From: Candidatus Desulfobacula maris
Lineage (GTDB): Bacteria > Desulfobacterota > Desulfobacteria > Desulfobacterales > Desulfobacteraceae
DNA length: 64,000 nucleotides
Reading direction: 5' to 3'
NCBI GenBank assembly: GCA_014383445.1
Contig: JACNHV010000358.1
Coordinates: 24,914 to 88,913, forward strand
The position numbers were made by a program, and so were the translations under genes. Below are positions 10,574-20,400 of the stretch, in pieces. The notes below the pieces were generated by a model, which searched no databases, had not been told where the DNA came from, and was given only the letters and a program-made list of their open reading frames with translations. The stretch's first letter is position 1. Every line of letters starts with the position of its first letter.

Positions 10574-11509
10574 CTACGCCTTTGCGTATGCTTCCAATTC
10601 TGATTCGGATAATTTTGAGAGTGCTGTCTCATATTCTGCACCTTCAAGTTTATCCAAATATTCATACCCGTCATCCGTGTTCTTGTCAGATGCCGGTACA
10701 TCTTTTAATGTTTTGGGGCCTGTACGCTTTCCAGAAGATTTCTTGGCAGCTTTGACTGCCTTCTGGCCGTCTGAATCCTCTTTTTTCATGTTCTCTTTGC
10801 TGTCCTGAATCCCAAAGGCAGCCTTGATGGATTCTTTGGCCTTGGCAAGTATTTCAGGGCCGGCTTTTGATTTCCATTCTTTGATTCCCAGAAGCCGGTT
10901 GACCTCACGGGCAAAGGCATCATAGACAATAGGATTCTGTTTAAGTTTGGCATTATCCTTGTCACTGAAAAATTCTGTCTGTTCAAACTCCCATGTTTTT
11001 TCAGCAGAAATACGGCTTGTTTCTTCCCGGACAATTGCCCGGGTTCGTTCCCTTTCAACTGCAAGCAACTGCTTTTTATAATCATCAAATTCAATGTCAC
11101 CTTCATCCAGCTTTGTATCCAGGGCCTTGATCTTATCTTCGTATTCTTTGTCTACAGACTGCCTGCCGTCATCAGCGGAAGAAGCGTCAGTATCATCTGT
11201 AGCAGTGTCAGTCTTTTTATCCTCTTTGTCGTCGCCCTCTTCATCATCCTTAGTCGCATCGTCTTTAGAATCATCATCAGTGTCGTCATCTTCTGAGTCG
11301 CTTGCAGCATCATCATTTTTGCCATCATCGATGTTGTCTTTGTCATCATCTGAGGATTTGTCATCTTGGTCTTGGGTTCCCTTATTCTCCTCATTATCCT
11401 CATGAACATCATCATTCTGATCATCTGAAGCATCTCCCTCATCATCTTCGATTGCTGCGATTTCTTCTTCAGACAGTCCATCAAAATCGTTGCTGTCGCT
11501 GTCACCCAT
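10574..11509 (-). CDS. Scaffolding protein with an extremely acidic low-complexity N-terminus
   Basis: 311 aa located between the portal and capsid genes. The first ~120 aa are D/E/S/K-rich and the C-terminal half looks helical. Confidence 0.6.
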   Translation of the reverse strand: MGDSDSNDFDGLSEEEIAAIEDDEGDASDDQNDDVHEDNEENKGTQDQDDKSSDDDKDNIDDGKNDDAASDSEDDDTDDDSKDDATKDDEEGDDKEDKKTDTATDDTDASSADDGRQSVDKEYEDKIKALDTKLDEGDIEFDDYKKQLLAVERERTRAIVREETSRISAEKTWEFEQTEFFSDKDNAKLKQNPIVYDAFAREVNRLLGIKEWKSKAGPEILAKAKESIKAAFGIQDSKENMKKEDSDGQKAVKAAKKSSGKRTGPKTLKDVPASDKNTDDGYEYLDKLEGAEYETALSKLSESELEAYAKA

Positions 11510-11511
11510 GA

Positions 11512-13680
11512 TTACTTTGCTCCTTTTTTCTTGTTATCTGATTTAATGCCATGTTCACCTTGTTTAGTGGACATGACCCTGTCTTTTGTCTTGGTTGCTG
11601 CGGGTTTATTTTTCTGATTTAAAGCTTTATTACCGATCTGGATGTCATGCAGGGCCTTGGCCTTGTCAATCCTCAATTTTTCTCGATCAAATTGTACACC
11701 TGCCCTGGTTGCCGCTGCATCTTCAACATTCTTATCAATTTCACTTTCAAGCTTATTCATTTCAAGTCTTTGCATTGTTTCTTCAAACAGGGCCTGGGCT
11801 TCATCCGCCTGTCTTTGTGCATCCTGTTCAGCTTGAAGGTCTGGATCATTCTGATCCGCATCCGGGTCGCTCTGGCCATTAACCATTCTGATTCTGGCTA
11901 CAAGATCTTCCTTGCCCGGGATATCTGACAGATCAACCACCAGATCAAGCAGGTTGATTGCAATTTCAGGGGCCATGTCCTTGATCATTTCCATGAGGGT
12001 TTCAAATGTGGCCTGCCTGATACTGGCTGTCCATGCGGAAGAATCAACTACAAAATCAGCCTGGGCCTTGGTGATATCATTTAAAGGGTTGTTTGTTTCC
12101 GGGTCCACACCATTGATTTCAATGAATTCAGGCTGGTTTTTCTCGTTTGTAATCCTGAATATCTTCTGATCCGTGTAATACTGTTCAATCAAGGACAGGA
12201 CAATTTCACCGAGCATTTGGGTAGAAACTCTTAAATTGTCAAATACTTCTGAATTGACAATATTTCCCTGTTCCTTCCTGGCTTCAATCGCTTTGCCGGA
12301 TATGGCGTTTGTTTCCCGCCCCATCTGTTCATCCGTCACACCACCAACAGCCTCAATATATTCAGCGTCCTGGTTCATCAATGCAACATGCTCTTGAGCC
12401 AGGCCTCTATCGTTGTTGATCTCAATCTCAGACCCTTTTTTCTTTTTTATGATGCCGTCCGGCCGTGACACTTCGTCTGCCAATTCATCCCAATCGGTTA
12501 CGGCATCATCATCAGCAATGACCTGGTTGGTGCTAAGAATGAATAAGGCCTTGCTCCTTCTTTTATTCAGATCGTCCTGGATATCTCTTAGATTACGGAC
12601 CGGGCCGTATTGACTATTGTCTTTCTTTTTCCTGAATCCCCAAATGGGGATAAAGGGAAAACGATTGTGGTTATAAGGTGATTCCTGATCCTGCAAAACC
12701 AGATCCCCGGTAAAGATCATACATCGAATAACCATTCTGATACTGCTTGTCAGTGATGCATATCCGCCTTCTATCAGATCCTTATGTGCCGGGTCATCAG
12801 CATAATATTTCTGCCCTCTGAGCGTGCCAAGGTCTTGGGTACCATTGTCCATGATTTCAATATTTTCAGGTGTTTTATACCAGCATTCAACCAGCTCAAG
12901 CCTGTTTCTCTGAGCTCTGTCGGTACCTTCAAACCCCGTCATTTCTATCATGGATTCAAGGTCTGTATCTTCGTCCGCATATTCTTGGGAATAGGCGCCC
13001 TCATCAATAACAGAACTGTTTGCCAATATTTTTAAAACCCCTGAAAACTCACTGAACATGGAACATGCCACATCCAGATCCACCCGTTTGCGCCTGAACA
13101 TAAACCGGGCATCTTTGAGGTCCAAACGTACGGACAACGGGTCATACCAAATGTTTCGCCAGTCCTCATAATCAATGAATATCGGTTCTTCCATGATATC
13201 TTTTGTGACACCTGCTTCCAGCCATCCCAATCCTGATATGACTGTGTCCTTAAACGCCTGTGACCTCTCAGCCGGTAACTTGTTGACATCTGAAAGATAT
13301 TTTAAGATATGGGTCTTGACCTCGGCAGGTTTGGCATCCTCTGAAGTTCTTGGCAGGACCCGAAAATCTATCCGGTTCTTTTTTTCTGAACCAATGATCC
13401 AGTCGATTGTGGGCTTGACACGATTAAAAACCGTTGCAATCTGACCTCTTGCTTCCACTTCCGCCTTATCATCCGGGTCCCATTGATCACCATCATAAAT
13501 ATCATGGTCTTTGAGGCATTCAGTACGGGCAGGTGCCTGTATAGACCTTGTATATGCCCACCATGCCTTGATTTTGTTCAGCTTTTCCCGCTGTTTTTCT
13601 GTAATCTCAGGAGAGGCCTTTTTCTCATCACCATTCAGGTTGTCAGCAAACATGGCCTGGCTTTCAGATGATTCACTCAT
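11512..13680 (-). CDS. Portal protein
   Basis: 722 aa, directly downstream of the TerL-plus-small-ORF pair and upstream of the scaffold gene. It has a C-terminal coiled-coil and basic tail. Confidence 0.7.
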   Translation of the reverse strand: MSESSESQAMFADNLNGDEKKASPEITEKQREKLNKIKAWWAYTRSIQAPARTECLKDHDIYDGDQWDPDDKAEVEARGQIATVFNRVKPTIDWIIGSEKKNRIDFRVLPRTSEDAKPAEVKTHILKYLSDVNKLPAERSQAFKDTVISGLGWLEAGVTKDIMEEPIFIDYEDWRNIWYDPLSVRLDLKDARFMFRRKRVDLDVACSMFSEFSGVLKILANSSVIDEGAYSQEYADEDTDLESMIEMTGFEGTDRAQRNRLELVECWYKTPENIEIMDNGTQDLGTLRGQKYYADDPAHKDLIEGGYASLTSSIRMVIRCMIFTGDLVLQDQESPYNHNRFPFIPIWGFRKKKDNSQYGPVRNLRDIQDDLNKRRSKALFILSTNQVIADDDAVTDWDELADEVSRPDGIIKKKKGSEIEINNDRGLAQEHVALMNQDAEYIEAVGGVTDEQMGRETNAISGKAIEARKEQGNIVNSEVFDNLRVSTQMLGEIVLSLIEQYYTDQKIFRITNEKNQPEFIEINGVDPETNNPLNDITKAQADFVVDSSAWTASIRQATFETLMEMIKDMAPEIAINLLDLVVDLSDIPGKEDLVARIRMVNGQSDPDADQNDPDLQAEQDAQRQADEAQALFEETMQRLEMNKLESEIDKNVEDAAATRAGVQFDREKLRIDKAKALHDIQIGNKALNQKNKPAATKTKDRVMSTKQGEHGIKSDNKKKGAK

Positions 13681-14042
13681 ATAATCACCTTTTTCATTCC
13701 ATCACCGGAACCACCCCCTGGGGTTGCAGCAGGGGGAAGGAGAGGTTCCGGTGTGGCCGACAATAACTCTTCGATGCCGTCTTCAATAGCCGTGGCAACC
13801 TCGGCCATACGCTGGCTGGTCACAACACCGAGATTGAATTGATAATAGATTAATGAAGTAATGTTATACATCCATTTGGTAAAATTCGGATTCTTATCAG
13901 GGGTGTACATCCATAAATCTTCCATCCTGATACAAAAATTTGCAGTGTGCCCTTCCCTTGGAAATTTTGGGCATATAAGCAACACGGGCTCGGGCTCATC
14001 ATCAATCGTCCGATATGCTATTCTTCTAATTACTTCAGCCAT
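13677..14042 (-). CDS. Small phage protein between terminase and portal
   Basis: 121-aa ORF that overlaps both neighbours (1 nt and 4 nt). Confidence 0.5.
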   Translation of the reverse strand: MAEVIRRIAYRTIDDEPEPVLLICPKFPREGHTANFCIRMEDLWMYTPDKNPNFTKWMYNITSLIYYQFNLGVVTSQRMAEVATAIEDGIEELLSATPEPLLPPAATPGGGSGDGMKKVII

Positions 14043-15568
14043 TATGCGGCCATCCCTGAGCGTTTCCGCCTTTTTGTCCTGGTTTTTACAATCTGCACAG
14101 GCTCAGCAAAGGTCAGTGCAAGGCCATCCCCTTCATCCGGGGATCTGCCAATCCTTTTTTTGATATCTTCTTTGGGCTCAAGCTGCTTCTGGGTTGTGCT
14201 GGTATATTTGTACCCAGGGGCCGTGAGATCTGCCTGAAGGGTATCAACGTCCGGGATCTGTACTTCTTCATCTGACTCAAGCCATTTCCTGACCTCGTCC
14301 CACATTTCTGCACGGCGGTTTTTATAATGCTCCGGGTCCATGGCCTTGCTGCCGAAATTAACAAGGGTCACTCTATTTCCAAAGCCCATTTCAACCAGCC
14401 GGTCATACATGCCAGATCCGCCGCCCCGGTCAATGAACATCCTGTCAACGGGTTCATTCTCAAGGATCATCCGGGCCTGACCGGCCTTGGCCATATCATC
14501 CAGTTTGTGGTGGGATTCTATATTCCAGGCTCTACGACCCTGCCGTCTGATAAATGTGGTCGCATCGTCGCCTTCACGGGCAGGATCACAGCCAACGACA
14601 TAAGCACCATATTTGGGAACACCCATTGTTTTTCTGGCCGTCAATACTGATTCAGCAGATATCAAGGAATTGATACCCGTTGTCTGGAAAGCTTCCGCCG
14701 CATTCCCGGGATACTCCTGCTTGAAAAGAAGAGGGTCACCCAGTTCAACTATTTTGAGCCGTCTCCAATAAATCTGTTCATCATCCAGCTTGTAGGCCTT
14801 TTGATATGCTGCTTCTTCAATGGTCGGAATAAATTTTTCATCACTCGGAATGGGCTTTCTGTATTCTGATTGCCAGTACCAGGGAATAAAGATTGCAATG
14901 TAGTCGCTCTTACCCTTCTCCGCATCCTGCCACATTCTATGAAACATATTCCCCAGGCCATTGGCCGTGGATTCAAGGATGATCTCTTCAGCCATTTCAG
15001 CAGCCTGAAAGACACCTGTTTTGATCTCGTCAGTATTTTCCCAGAAAGCGACCTCAGATCCATGGAAAAAGTCTATTGTATCAGATCTTCCCACGTTCTT
15101 TGATCCAGCCGTACCCAGGCCATATGCTGAATCAAGCTTATCAAATACCAGCTCTTTCCGGTTTGAAAAGGAAGTGGATGGCTTTATCAATGGGTTGCAA
15201 TGTTCGTGGTAACGCTGCACCATCTTGAAAAGATTAGTGGTGGCATCGTCCATGTGGGCAAGGATAAAGGTTTTGACACCATTTTTGTGCGTGGTCTGGT
15301 GATAGAATCGACCGCCCACGTATGTGCTGCACCCCTGTTGACGTCCCTTGAGAAGCAGGGCTCTTATTTTCCCTGTTTTTTTCTTCTGTTCTTCCAGTCG
15401 ATCATGTAGGTACCTCTGGGCCTTGTTGAAAACAAACGGAACAATCTTCTGCATCCGCCCATCAACCAATATGGGCTTTTTGGTCCTGATCTTGAGACAC
15501 CGCTCTGCATAATGCGGTAAATCCTTCTTCGCCCGCCGCCTTGCGTTCATTTCTCTATCAGAAACCAT
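14042..15568 (-). CDS. terL: Terminase large subunit
   Basis: 508 aa. Contains an LLLKGRQQGCSTYV Walker-A-like terminase motif. The gene lies next to the small subunit gene with a 1-nt overlap. Confidence 0.8.
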   Translation of the reverse strand: MVSDREMNARRRAKKDLPHYAERCLKIRTKKPILVDGRMQKIVPFVFNKAQRYLHDRLEEQKKKTGKIRALLLKGRQQGCSTYVGGRFYHQTTHKNGVKTFILAHMDDATTNLFKMVQRYHEHCNPLIKPSTSFSNRKELVFDKLDSAYGLGTAGSKNVGRSDTIDFFHGSEVAFWENTDEIKTGVFQAAEMAEEIILESTANGLGNMFHRMWQDAEKGKSDYIAIFIPWYWQSEYRKPIPSDEKFIPTIEEAAYQKAYKLDDEQIYWRRLKIVELGDPLLFKQEYPGNAAEAFQTTGINSLISAESVLTARKTMGVPKYGAYVVGCDPAREGDDATTFIRRQGRRAWNIESHHKLDDMAKAGQARMILENEPVDRMFIDRGGGSGMYDRLVEMGFGNRVTLVNFGSKAMDPEHYKNRRAEMWDEVRKWLESDEEVQIPDVDTLQADLTAPGYKYTSTTQKQLEPKEDIKKRIGRSPDEGDGLALTFAEPVQIVKTRTKRRKRSGMAA

Positions 15569-16047
15569 TATTCCAAGGCCTCTAAAAGTTCTTCGTGTGA
15601 AAGAGTAACATTCAGATCACCATCAAGATTTTTTGTGTCCGGCCATCGTTCCCGGTTCCTATTGCGAAGCCAAAATTGTTGAGCTTTAACATCGCCGGCC
15701 ATATGTTTTTTAATCTTTTTTGTTATTTCCATCTCCCCGTCTTCGTCCAGCTCTTTGATAGTTTCTTCATAACTGTAGCCCAGGGCTCTTTTTAGCAGGG
15801 AGGTTTCAACGTTCTCCGTGTCATATGTATCTTTCCCGGCCTTGATGGCAGCCAGGAACTCAGGATGGTCTTTTTTCCAATTGTTAATCAGACTCTTTGA
15901 AACCCTGAAAAGATTGGCCAGCTTGAGATCGGTAAACCCGTTCTCACAAGCCACCTGGGCCATGGAAACAAATTCCGGATCATAAATAACCTTAGTGCCT
16001 GTCTTATTAAGCCTTACCGGTTTCTGGTTCTTTTGTTTTCCCATCAA
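15568..16047 (-). CDS. terS: Terminase small subunit (HTH)
   Basis: 159 aa. The N-terminal HTH-like segment (GFTDLKLANLFRVSKSLINNWKKDHPEF) is typical of TerS proteins. The gene lies immediately upstream of TerL. Confidence 0.7.
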   Translation of the reverse strand: MMGKQKNQKPVRLNKTGTKVIYDPEFVSMAQVACENGFTDLKLANLFRVSKSLINNWKKDHPEFLAAIKAGKDTYDTENVETSLLKRALGYSYEETIKELDEDGEMEITKKIKKHMAGDVKAQQFWLRNRNRERWPDTKNLDGDLNVTLSHEELLEALE

Positions 16048-16463
16048 CCCCTCCTGTCCGGACCATCATGATAATGATCATTTTCGGCTGCCGGTTCCCC
16101 TAATCCATCAAGCTTTCTGCGGCCATATAACAGCATGTCATGCTTTGCGATGTCGACTGCGTATTTGTCGGTCCGAAGATAGAGTATTTTAAGATGGTCT
16201 GATGTATTCTGCTTGTCGGCAAAGCGATCGAACAGCGTATCCCGGCAATTCTGATGTGCCTGGACAATACTCGACTGTGCTGCTAAAATTTCTTCCAGCT
16301 GCTTTTTTAAAAACCAGCCCAGGACGGATACCATTGCACCCAGACAAAGGAACCCAACACCCATAAAAACAGTATTGGTATCAAGCGGAGCTGGTATTGC
16401 TGTCGTAACAACTGGAGAGCTGGCCTCGGCTGCGGCAAGGAATGGAATATCAAGAATGGTCAT
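16044..16463 (-). CDS. Membrane protein, holin/spanin-like (lysis cassette candidate)
   Basis: 139 aa with one clear hydrophobic span (VFMGVGFLCLGAMVSVLGWFL). It overlaps both neighbours. Confidence 0.45.
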   Translation of the reverse strand: MTILDIPFLAAAEASSPVVTTAIPAPLDTNTVFMGVGFLCLGAMVSVLGWFLKKQLEEILAAQSSIVQAHQNCRDTLFDRFADKQNTSDHLKILYLRTDKYAVDIAKHDMLLYGRRKLDGLGEPAAENDHYHDGPDRRG

Positions 16464-16860
16464 CGCCGAAATCCTCTGTAATTTTTATTGTAAAATGATC
16501 AACATCTGCCAGGGCAGCCATGAACCGCTTAACAGCTTTGCGGGAACTCAGTACTGCCCTGTCTCCATTCAGCCACCCGGTATGATCCCCTATCAATATG
16601 CAACCGGATGTGTCTTTAGCCGTGTTTCCTGCATGGAAAAGGATATGATCCCGGTCAGGAACTGATATTTCAAAGGTTTCACCAAATTTGGGGGATGTGG
16701 TGCGACGGCAAAGGTAGGTAGCAGGTGGGATGCAAGATATAAAACGCTGGTTTTCAAGATCTGGATTTTCAAGCGTGGAGTACGCTTCAAGGTCATCTAT
16801 TTGTAAAGATCCGATGATACATTTGTCAGTCTTTTCAAGCCTTCTCAACTCAATAATCAA
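16450..16860 (-). CDS. DUF5675-like phage protein (possible cell-wall-active enzyme); first gene of the late operon
   Basis: 136 aa with a TTG start preceded by GAGGGG. Motifs such as FISCIPPATY...FHAGNTAKDTSGCILIG resemble the DUF5675 family as I recall it. Confidence 0.5.
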   Translation of the reverse strand: MIIELRRLEKTDKCIIGSLQIDDLEAYSTLENPDLENQRFISCIPPATYLCRRTTSPKFGETFEISVPDRDHILFHAGNTAKDTSGCILIGDHTGWLNGDRAVLSSRKAVKRFMAALADVDHFTIKITEDFGDDHS

Positions 16861-16952
16861 AGCAAAAATCCCCTCATTTCCATGTCGGAGTCCAAAGTTT
16901 GTTCGTTGGGGCTTATTGTTTCAGGAGAAAATGGGGATTACAATTGAATCCA

Positions 16953-16976
16953 TGCGTGAAAATTGCATTTCACGCA
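16953..16976. promoter_or_regulatory. Perfect 9-bp inverted repeat (TGCGTGAAA-N6-TTTCACGCA) upstream of the late operon
   Basis: Read directly from the sequence. Its centre is ~104 nt upstream of the 16860 start codon. It is adjacent to a second near-palindrome, GGATTACAATTGAATCC, at 16935-16951. Confidence 0.4.
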
Positions 16977-17412
16977 CGAAAATTTGAGATAGGTTTATAT
17001 ATTGGTACTTTATTCACTATAATCTTTAAGAATATCTTTTGATAGCTGTTGCGGTCCATAAAATTGAATTAAAAACTAATGCTGAAAAAGATTCATATAC
17101 CATATGTGGGGTTATCCAGAGTTTCTGTGGGGTGAGCCCTTCGATTGTCAGTAACTGCTTTTAAATTTTAATTCAAACCCTTTATAATGCTTTTTGTTAA
17201 CAACTCGACAGGAGAGGAGTGCGGACAATTGTTGTAATTTGACCGCTGAAATTGAAATTTTTGAATTTAACGACGTTGAAACCTATAAGTAACATCATGG
17301 TCGTGCAAAAATTTTGCTACCGACCCGGGTCAAATCAGCCGTTTTCTACAGGAACTAATTAAATATTTTTTTATATTTTTGAATGGTGAGGAGGTCATCT
17401 TCCTATTATAGA

Positions 17413-20400
17413 CTACTTCATAATACTCTCTTGAATTGTTTCTCTAAATTCTTTAAAAAAAAATTTTTCCGATAGATCATATAATTGTTTAATAATTAGA
17501 AATGAATTTTTTTCCCTAATATTCTCGCTTAAGTTTGATTTTAAAATTAGATTAATAGCAACTTTTTTAAAACAAGATTGGTATCTTTGTATTCTCTCCC
17601 AATAGTTTTCTATCAATAATTTATTGCTTTGTGAGTTTAATGATAAAACAAACTCCCAATCTGAAAATATATTTTCGAGATGATTGTGAATTCCGAAATC
17701 TATTACCTCATTGGCTTGATCGTATGTCTCTGCTTTTTGCATAAGCTTATTATACAAACTAACATCCAGAATAAAATGTTTTGGGATTGAATCGAAGACT
17801 TCTTTGGCTTGATCGTATGTCTCTGCTTTTTGCATAAGACTATTATACAAAGCAGCATCCAGAATAAAATGTTCTGGGATTAAATCGAAGACTTCTTTGG
17901 CTTGATCGTATGTCTCTGCTTTTTGCATAAGACTATTATACAAAGCAGCATCCAGAATAAAATGTTCTGGGATTAAATCGAAGACTTCTTTGGCTTGGTC
18001 GTATATCTCTGCTTTTTGCATAAGAAAATAATACAAAGCAGCATCCAGAATTAAATGTTTTGGGGTTAAATCGAGAACTTTCTTGGCTTGATCGTATGTC
18101 TCTGCTTTTTTCATAAAGGTATAATACAAGCCAACATCCAGAATAAAATGTTTTGGGATTAAATCGAGAACTTTCTCGGCTTGATCAAATTTCTTTGCTT
18201 GTTCCATAAGACAATAATACAAACCAACATCCAGAATAAAATGTTTTGGGATTAAGTTGAGAACTTTCTCGGCTTGATCGTATTCCTTTGCTTTTTCCAT
18301 TAAGATTTTAAAAAAGTGAGCATCACTTACTATTCTTTTTGGGATTAAATTGAGAACTTTCTCGGCTTGATCGTATGTCTCTGTTTTTTTCATAAGATTA
18401 GCATACAAACCAACATCAAGCATTACATCTTCTGGGATTGAATCGAAGATCGCCTTGGCCTGATCGAATGTCTCTGTTTTAGATAAAAAATTAGAATAAT
18501 GCTTTGAAGAAAGTTTGATTTGATTCTGCACAAAGAGATTTAAGATATAAAGTATACTAATATCCTTTTTTTGCATGAGTATAACTAAAATCCAATTTAG
18601 AGCTTGGTCAAAATCAAACAACGAAGTTCGAGTTTCAATCATTTGCTTTATAAACTTAATTACTGCTATCTTGTTTACTGTTTTCTTAATAATTTCTCCA
18701 AAAATCGATACCGATAGAATCTCTTCTTTTTTTGCCCTATTAAACCATTTTAAGACGTCTTCATAATTTATTGCTTTTCGCATTAATAACACGTAAGTTT
18801 CCGAATTTGGCTTAATGCCATTTTTACACATTTTTTCGAATAATCGTAAGGCAGCTTTATAATCAGAGCAATTTTTTATAGAATCATTATAAAAATCTGG
18901 CTTTACGTAGAAACCACGTAAATGTTGCTCTGGTTTGTTATATAACTTATTTATGTCGGCAATAATTTCATAGGGCTTATATTGTACAATTTTATCCAGA
19001 TAGACTTCCTCAACTTCAACGAGATTATTTTTTTTAATTATAAAATTTAAATTAAAATTATCAGTTTCTATTCTTTGTAATGCTGCATCTGCATTGTCCG
19101 TGAAAAATTGAATTTTTCCTTCTTCTGTTATTTTTAGAGCTTCCAACATTTTAGCTTGCATGAGATTGCCTTCATAACCACCAGGGCGAGCATGTTTTCC
19201 TATATGTATCCCCAAACAAAATTCTTTTAACTTATATATTTCAAAAGTTCTTTTTGAATGGAAATTTGATGAATAATTTAATGCTTTCAATGATTTTAGA
19301 AGGTTTATAGCTATTTTATCAACATCATCCTTACTATCTTTCAAATTCTCATATCTTTCTCTCATTAAATTTATGGGCAAAATCAATGACCCAATATTCC
19401 CATCATATTCCGGATCGTTTTCGTCAGAGTTTAAATATAAAACGACTTCCTTAAACTCATCGTCTGAAAGGGTTGGTATTTCTAAATTCTTAAATACATC
19501 CTTAACTCCTGTTGTTGAGTTATGATAGAACTGCTTAAATTCTGGTCCATTTTTGCAGGTAGCAAGAATTTTACATCCGTTTAGAATTAGTTCCTCAATA
19601 AAAATGTTTGCGGCTTTGGCTTTAGATTCTATAAAATATTGATCTATATCATCCAAGACTACAACTACTGAGGGAAATTTTTTTTTTATGTGGCTTAATG
19701 AATTGGGATTAAGATTTCCCGGTTCCGGTATTAGTATTAATATTGATGGATCTTCTGAACTTTTTTTTTGTAAAAGCTGATATATCGCTCTTGTCTTACC
19801 CGCAAGTGCTTTACCCTTTAAAAGTATATTATGTGATCGAAATGTTTCAAATATAACATCGTCTATCTTTCGATGAAAATAATAATCGCGATACTTCTTG
19901 GCACGTATTCCAAATATGTCTTTTGGTTCAATAGTATCAATTTTTTTAAAAATTTTAAAAGCATTTGAAATTGTAAGTTCATCTATCTGAATTTCACTTG
20001 TTTTTTTTTGAGTCTTTTTAGTTTCATCATGTATTTCCAGCTTGTCTCGTGCTAATTCATGAAATTCTCTTTGTAAAATGACAACACCCTTCTTATAGCT
20101 TTTAAAACTCTCATTATAAAAAAATGGAGAAAAAATTTTTTCAGGCTCGTATCGATTTAAAAAATCTGCCCTGTTTTTATTATAGGAGCGAATTGCTTTT
20201 TGACCAAGCCTATATACACTGTGTGGCCATTCAATTTCTGCCTCCTTACATTTTTCTTTAAAAAAATCTTTTATCCTATCCCTGCTTAAGTTGATCAAAT
20301 TTTCATTTTTTATAACTTCGTTGAAAAATAAATCGAACTTTCTATGTAGCTCAGAATCAGTTTCTTCCATCCCTCCGCCTTCGGCGGTTCTGTCAAAATT

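Noticed and set aside
11094-11511. Alternative-frame ORFs (Ser-rich, Met-rich, His-rich) inside the scaffold gene.
   Set aside because: They are by-products of the GAT/GAA-biased low-complexity DNA that encodes the acidic N-terminus.
16861-17412. A sigma54 -24/-12 promoter driving the phage late operon, which would link it to the cargo activator.
   Set aside because: I reverse-complemented the region and checked every TGG. None has GC at the obligatory spacing; for example TGGACCGCAACAGCT is off by one.
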